Position numbers and translations under genes: made by a program
Notes under the pieces: model-generated
What the model saw: only the letters and a program-made list of their open reading frames with translations
Told to the model about the DNA's origin: nothing
Database searches by the model: none
From: Octopus sinensis
Taxonomy: Eukaryota
Assembly (NCBI RefSeq): GCF_006345805.1
Contig: NW_021833769.1
Location: 1 to 55,439, forward strand
DNA: 55,439 nucleotides
Reading direction: 5' to 3'
In this document: piece by piece, positions 51,164 through 55,439 of the stretch
Position numbering within the stretch: position 1 is the first letter of the stretch
Layout of the letters: every line of letters starts with the position of its first letter

Positions 51164-51430
51164 TTCGTAATTAGATAAAAAAAAAACAAGGCAGTGTAGA
51201 TTTTAGAACATTTATAAATAGAATGCCTTACAGCTGTTTCTAAGATATATATTATATCCCTTTATCGGAGACGGTGTGAGAAGATGGTTAAATTAACTAT
51301 TGCTTAACCATACTCTCACACCGTCTCCGATGAAGGGATATACTATATATCCTAGAAACAGCTGTAAGAAATTCTATTTATAAATGTTCTAAAATCTACA
51401 CTGCCTTGTTTCTTTTTATCTGATTACGAA
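51164..51430. mobile_element. 267-bp near-perfect palindrome (Penelope-type inverted ends)
   Basis: 51164-51291 is the reverse complement of 51304-51430 with few mismatches and a 12-nt spacer. Arms contain CCGAUGA..stem..GAAACAGCUGUA. Confidence 0.85.
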
Positions 51431-51469
<39 letters not shown>

Positions 51470-51772
51470 GTGTTATACTTGATGATGATTATTCGTTTTG
51501 TGATTATACACTCGCTCCCTCTATATATATCTATATATATGCTGTGTGTATTTTATTGATCGTAATATCTATCTATATCAATATATGTATGTATATACGG
51601 CATCAAATTAAGAAATCCACATTCAAGGACTTAATCTGTGCCGTGCGATATTAAAAACACTTACTCAAAGTCGAACTCAGTCAGTTTTGAACCCGAAGCT
51701 CGTGTTTCGAAGGCAATTTTTCTTAACAACACAAATATGCGTGCAGCTATATATATATATTATAAATATATA

Positions 51773-51803
<31 letters not shown>

Positions 51804-51807
51804 TATA

Positions 51808-51839
<32 letters not shown>

Positions 51840-52624
51840 ACATCTATGCATGTATGTATAATATGGATGCTTGAAAATATACGCGATATTTTTGTGTGTG
51901 CCAATATGTGTGTGCAAATATGTGTGTGCGTGTATGTGTGTGCACATGCGTATAAATATGCATTTGTTAATGTATGAAGTTACAGAATATAACTAACATA
52001 ATGTAACTAAATATCCTTGTGTGTCAACAGAACTTTTCCCCAAATGCCAACGATCGGTCACGTGAAACAGCCATTAGAGCAGATCGTAAAAATGTAAAAA
52101 AAATATTTCACTTTAAGTTAATGAAGCACTCTTATACACACACCAATTCATTAAAACCGCAACCTATCTCGTTACTATTTACATTTTGTCTCTTGTTTGC
52201 AGTTGTTATGTTTAATTTTTTCTCTGTTTTTGTATCATCTTTGCCACTATCAACCACTAACGCAATACGAAACACCGCAACCAATTATTTCTCCTCGGTA
52301 ACCCTATGAAAGGCAATGAGCAGACGTTCACAGCATAGCAAACATGACACCAAAAGACAACAGATACACTCCCATCTTTTTTCCTGCTGTGTTTTTTTTA
52401 TTTTCAGACAGCAGATATGAATACACATGCGCACACAGAAGCTGACGCGGTAACCAACCAATAAAACAGCCTCCTTTCGGAAGCTTGTGTGACGCGTAAG
52501 GTTGCATAAAAAACATATTCGTATGTGTGTATGTGTATGCTTTCTTCTGTGTTTGTGTGTACACATACAAACACGCACACACACATGCACATACATGTGC
52601 ACACACACTTTCAGACACACGTCC

Positions 52625-53142
<518 letters not shown>

Positions 53143-53780
53143 ATACATGCACACGCATGCACACACACACAAACACAGACACACACACATGCATGCATAT
53201 ACATGGTCTGCCCAGAAACACAGACCAACGCACACGATCCTGCTCGTTCGTTCTCAGATGTTTCTTTCGTTGGTTGTTAATCAGTGAAGTCGCTTAGAGA
53301 ATGAGCAGCAAACACCGATGTTTGTTTTGTCTCACCATGTATTAGTTCAGTGTTACGTTTCCACGTCCCTCGCTATCGCTAACCAACCGCTTACACTTTA
53401 TGAAATATCTTACAGCATTTTGTTTGTTGACGCGCTGCCTAGCCTCTCTTCTCTATCCTTTAACCCTCTTGCTCATTTATGGCTTCTCTGTGTGTGAGTG
53501 TCTCTGTGAGGAGACTCTCTCCTCTCTCCTCCTCTCGATGTTTTGATGGCTCCCCACTCTGTCTCTTCTATCCATGATCTATGTCTCTTTACCGATTTTG
53601 TTCTTTTCGATTTCGTCGTCTTTCCAATCAAACTTGACGGGCTGATGATCATGTGACATATAGTAGAACCATAAAGTTATTAGTGTACTATAACAACTTA
53701 TTTGTTGCTACTAGTTTATTGTTTGTTGTTTGTTGTTCTCCTTCTTCTTCGTCTTCTCATTATTATTACTATTATTATTA

Positions 53781-54047
53781 GCATTAGTTTTTATTTTTAT
53801 AGCGTGCTTTCACTTCACTACCGAGCACAGCTCTGTGTGACTTGGGTATGTGCCTGTGTTTGCTTGATGCTCTGATGGTTATGTATGGAAAGTGCTTTGC
53901 GTAGGAGTGTGCGAGTGCCCGTATGCAATTTTCTGTATGTTATATATATTCCTTCTTAGACAGGACTGGTCAGCCGAGATAATGATTTATTGTTTCTTGT
54001 CCATCTCCATATATTTTTTGCAGTTACTTGTTATGCTTCTTTCATTA

Positions 54048-54048
<1 letters not shown>
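53781..54048 (-). mobile_element. Internally deleted R4/Dong-like LINE copy
   Basis: Joins the CCHC region (equivalent to ~10255-10362) directly to the ORF end and 3' UTR (equivalent to ~10783-10949); (TTA)n on both sides. Confidence 0.85.
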
Positions 54049-54078
<30 letters not shown>

Positions 54079-54110
54079 GTTGTTGTTGTTGTTGTTGTTG
54101 CAGCTGCTGC

Positions 54111-54142
<32 letters not shown>

Positions 54143-54174
54143 TGTTGTTGTTGTTACTATTGTAATTATAGGAT

Positions 54175-54340
54175 ACTCTCAGTTCATTGCGTTCTGAGTT
54201 CAATTCCCGCGAAGAACAAATCTGCCTTTCATTCTTTCGATATCCGTAAGATAAAGGTACCAGTCAAATACTTGGGGCCAATGTAAACGACTTCACCATC
54301 CTCTAAAAAATTACTGGTCCTGTGCCATAATTAGAAAAAA
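54175..54340 (+). mobile_element. Degenerate family A SINE
   Basis: gcgttctgagttcaattccc..gcctttcattctttcg..gataaaggtaccagtcaaatacttggggccaatgtaa. Confidence 0.65.
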
Positions 54341-54982
54341 AAATGTTTTAGAAATACGATGGAAACACAATTGTACAATACCGATCACATTGATGACACT
54401 GATGAGGCTGCAAATCACAATGATAATGCTTCTCCTGGCTACTGACTATGATTTTTGATGTTGATAAGACAGTTGACCTATTTCGTTTATGGAAGCACGA
54501 TTATGTCAATACTGCCATTTACGTTAATACCAGTATTTCATGTATTGTTTTTGTATTAATTTTTGTCCTGTCTACGTCTGAAGTTTGATTAGAGTTCAGA
54601 GCAAAGATTACTGAATATATTAGTGGAGTGACAGTCTTTTTTTTTTTGAGTTTGATTTTTTTGTTTTTCAGAGAAAAAATACTGAAGTTCTCTGAGACTT
54701 TAAAATAGCTTATATCTCAAATGAGTTATTGTACAGAATCCCCCTCGACCACACACACACACATGCAGACGCCTCTCCGCAAAGATAGCACCCCACCCAC
54801 TTATTTACGATATGTCAAGTATATCATGCTAATTCGATTTTCCTCTGAGCGTTCCTCTTCGTATTACTGTTTCTTAACTCTTTTGCTTTTATCGTCGTCA
54901 GTTGTGAAATACCACGGCATTATATACATGCTACAGCTCTGAAGATACACACACAGACGATCGCGCGCACACACACACACAT

Positions 54983-55022
<40 letters not shown>

Positions 55023-55054
55023 TTGTGTGTATATACTTCGGCATTTACACACAC

Positions 55055-55086
<32 letters not shown>

Positions 55087-55137
55087 ATGTATATGTATAT
55101 GTATGTATAATTATATGTATATTGTATTTATAGATTA

Positions 55138-55186
<49 letters not shown>

Positions 55187-55295
55187 TATTATATATATGT
55201 GTGTGTGTGTGTGTGCGTGTGTTTGTGTGTGGGAGGGTATGTGTTCGTGTGTCTGTATTAAACAAAGGAACGTTGATGACTTCATATATATTAAT

Positions 55296-55352
55296 CAGCT
55301 ACGATCGTTTCGATGTTGAATAGGATTCACATATCAGATCTCCTCTTGGCTG
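55296..55352 (-). ncRNA. Degenerate type-I hammerhead-like motif
   Basis: CAGC-CAAGAGGA-GAU...AUC-GAAA-C-GAUC-G-UA-GCUG: 4-bp stem I, palindromic GAUC loop, GUA triplet; the 5' core is mutated. Confidence 0.45.
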
Positions 55353-55439
55353 ATACAAGCATCAAAACAAAAAAGGAAATGCAAAAACAATCTAAAAGGA
55401 AATCCCAAAAGCCTATCTATAAATACTCACACATACTCA

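Overview
AT-rich eukaryotic, repeat-dominated DNA. The SINE families, microsatellite load and LINE types look like an octopus (cephalopod) genome; this is inferred from remembered repeat consensus, not from a search. I found no convincing host protein-coding gene, and most ORFs in the track are translations of microsatellites. The real coding content is transposon debris: an R4/Dong-type restriction-like-endonuclease LINE family (5 pieces, 4 with (TAA)n-type flanks on both sides), two Tx1/L1-clade LINEs (one young, inserted in a (TATC)n array), CR1-type and Gypsy relics, two mariner relics, and several Penelope-like relics. At least three tRNA-derived SINE families are present, one forming head-to-tail multimers. 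The most notable items are: (i) six different minimal type-I hammerhead-ribozyme-like motifs, two of them inside long inverted repeats; (ii) apparent microsatellite-targeted retrotransposition into (TATC)n and (TAA)n; (iii) every long (TATC)n array lying on the same strand; (iv) a diverged 239-bp tandem duplication at 23 kb with a perfectly conserved 34-nt core bounded by splice signals, next to a 65-nt hairpin, which is either a duplicated microexon cassette or a Crypton-like relic. All family calls come from by-eye translation and motif recognition; element ends are approximate unless stated.
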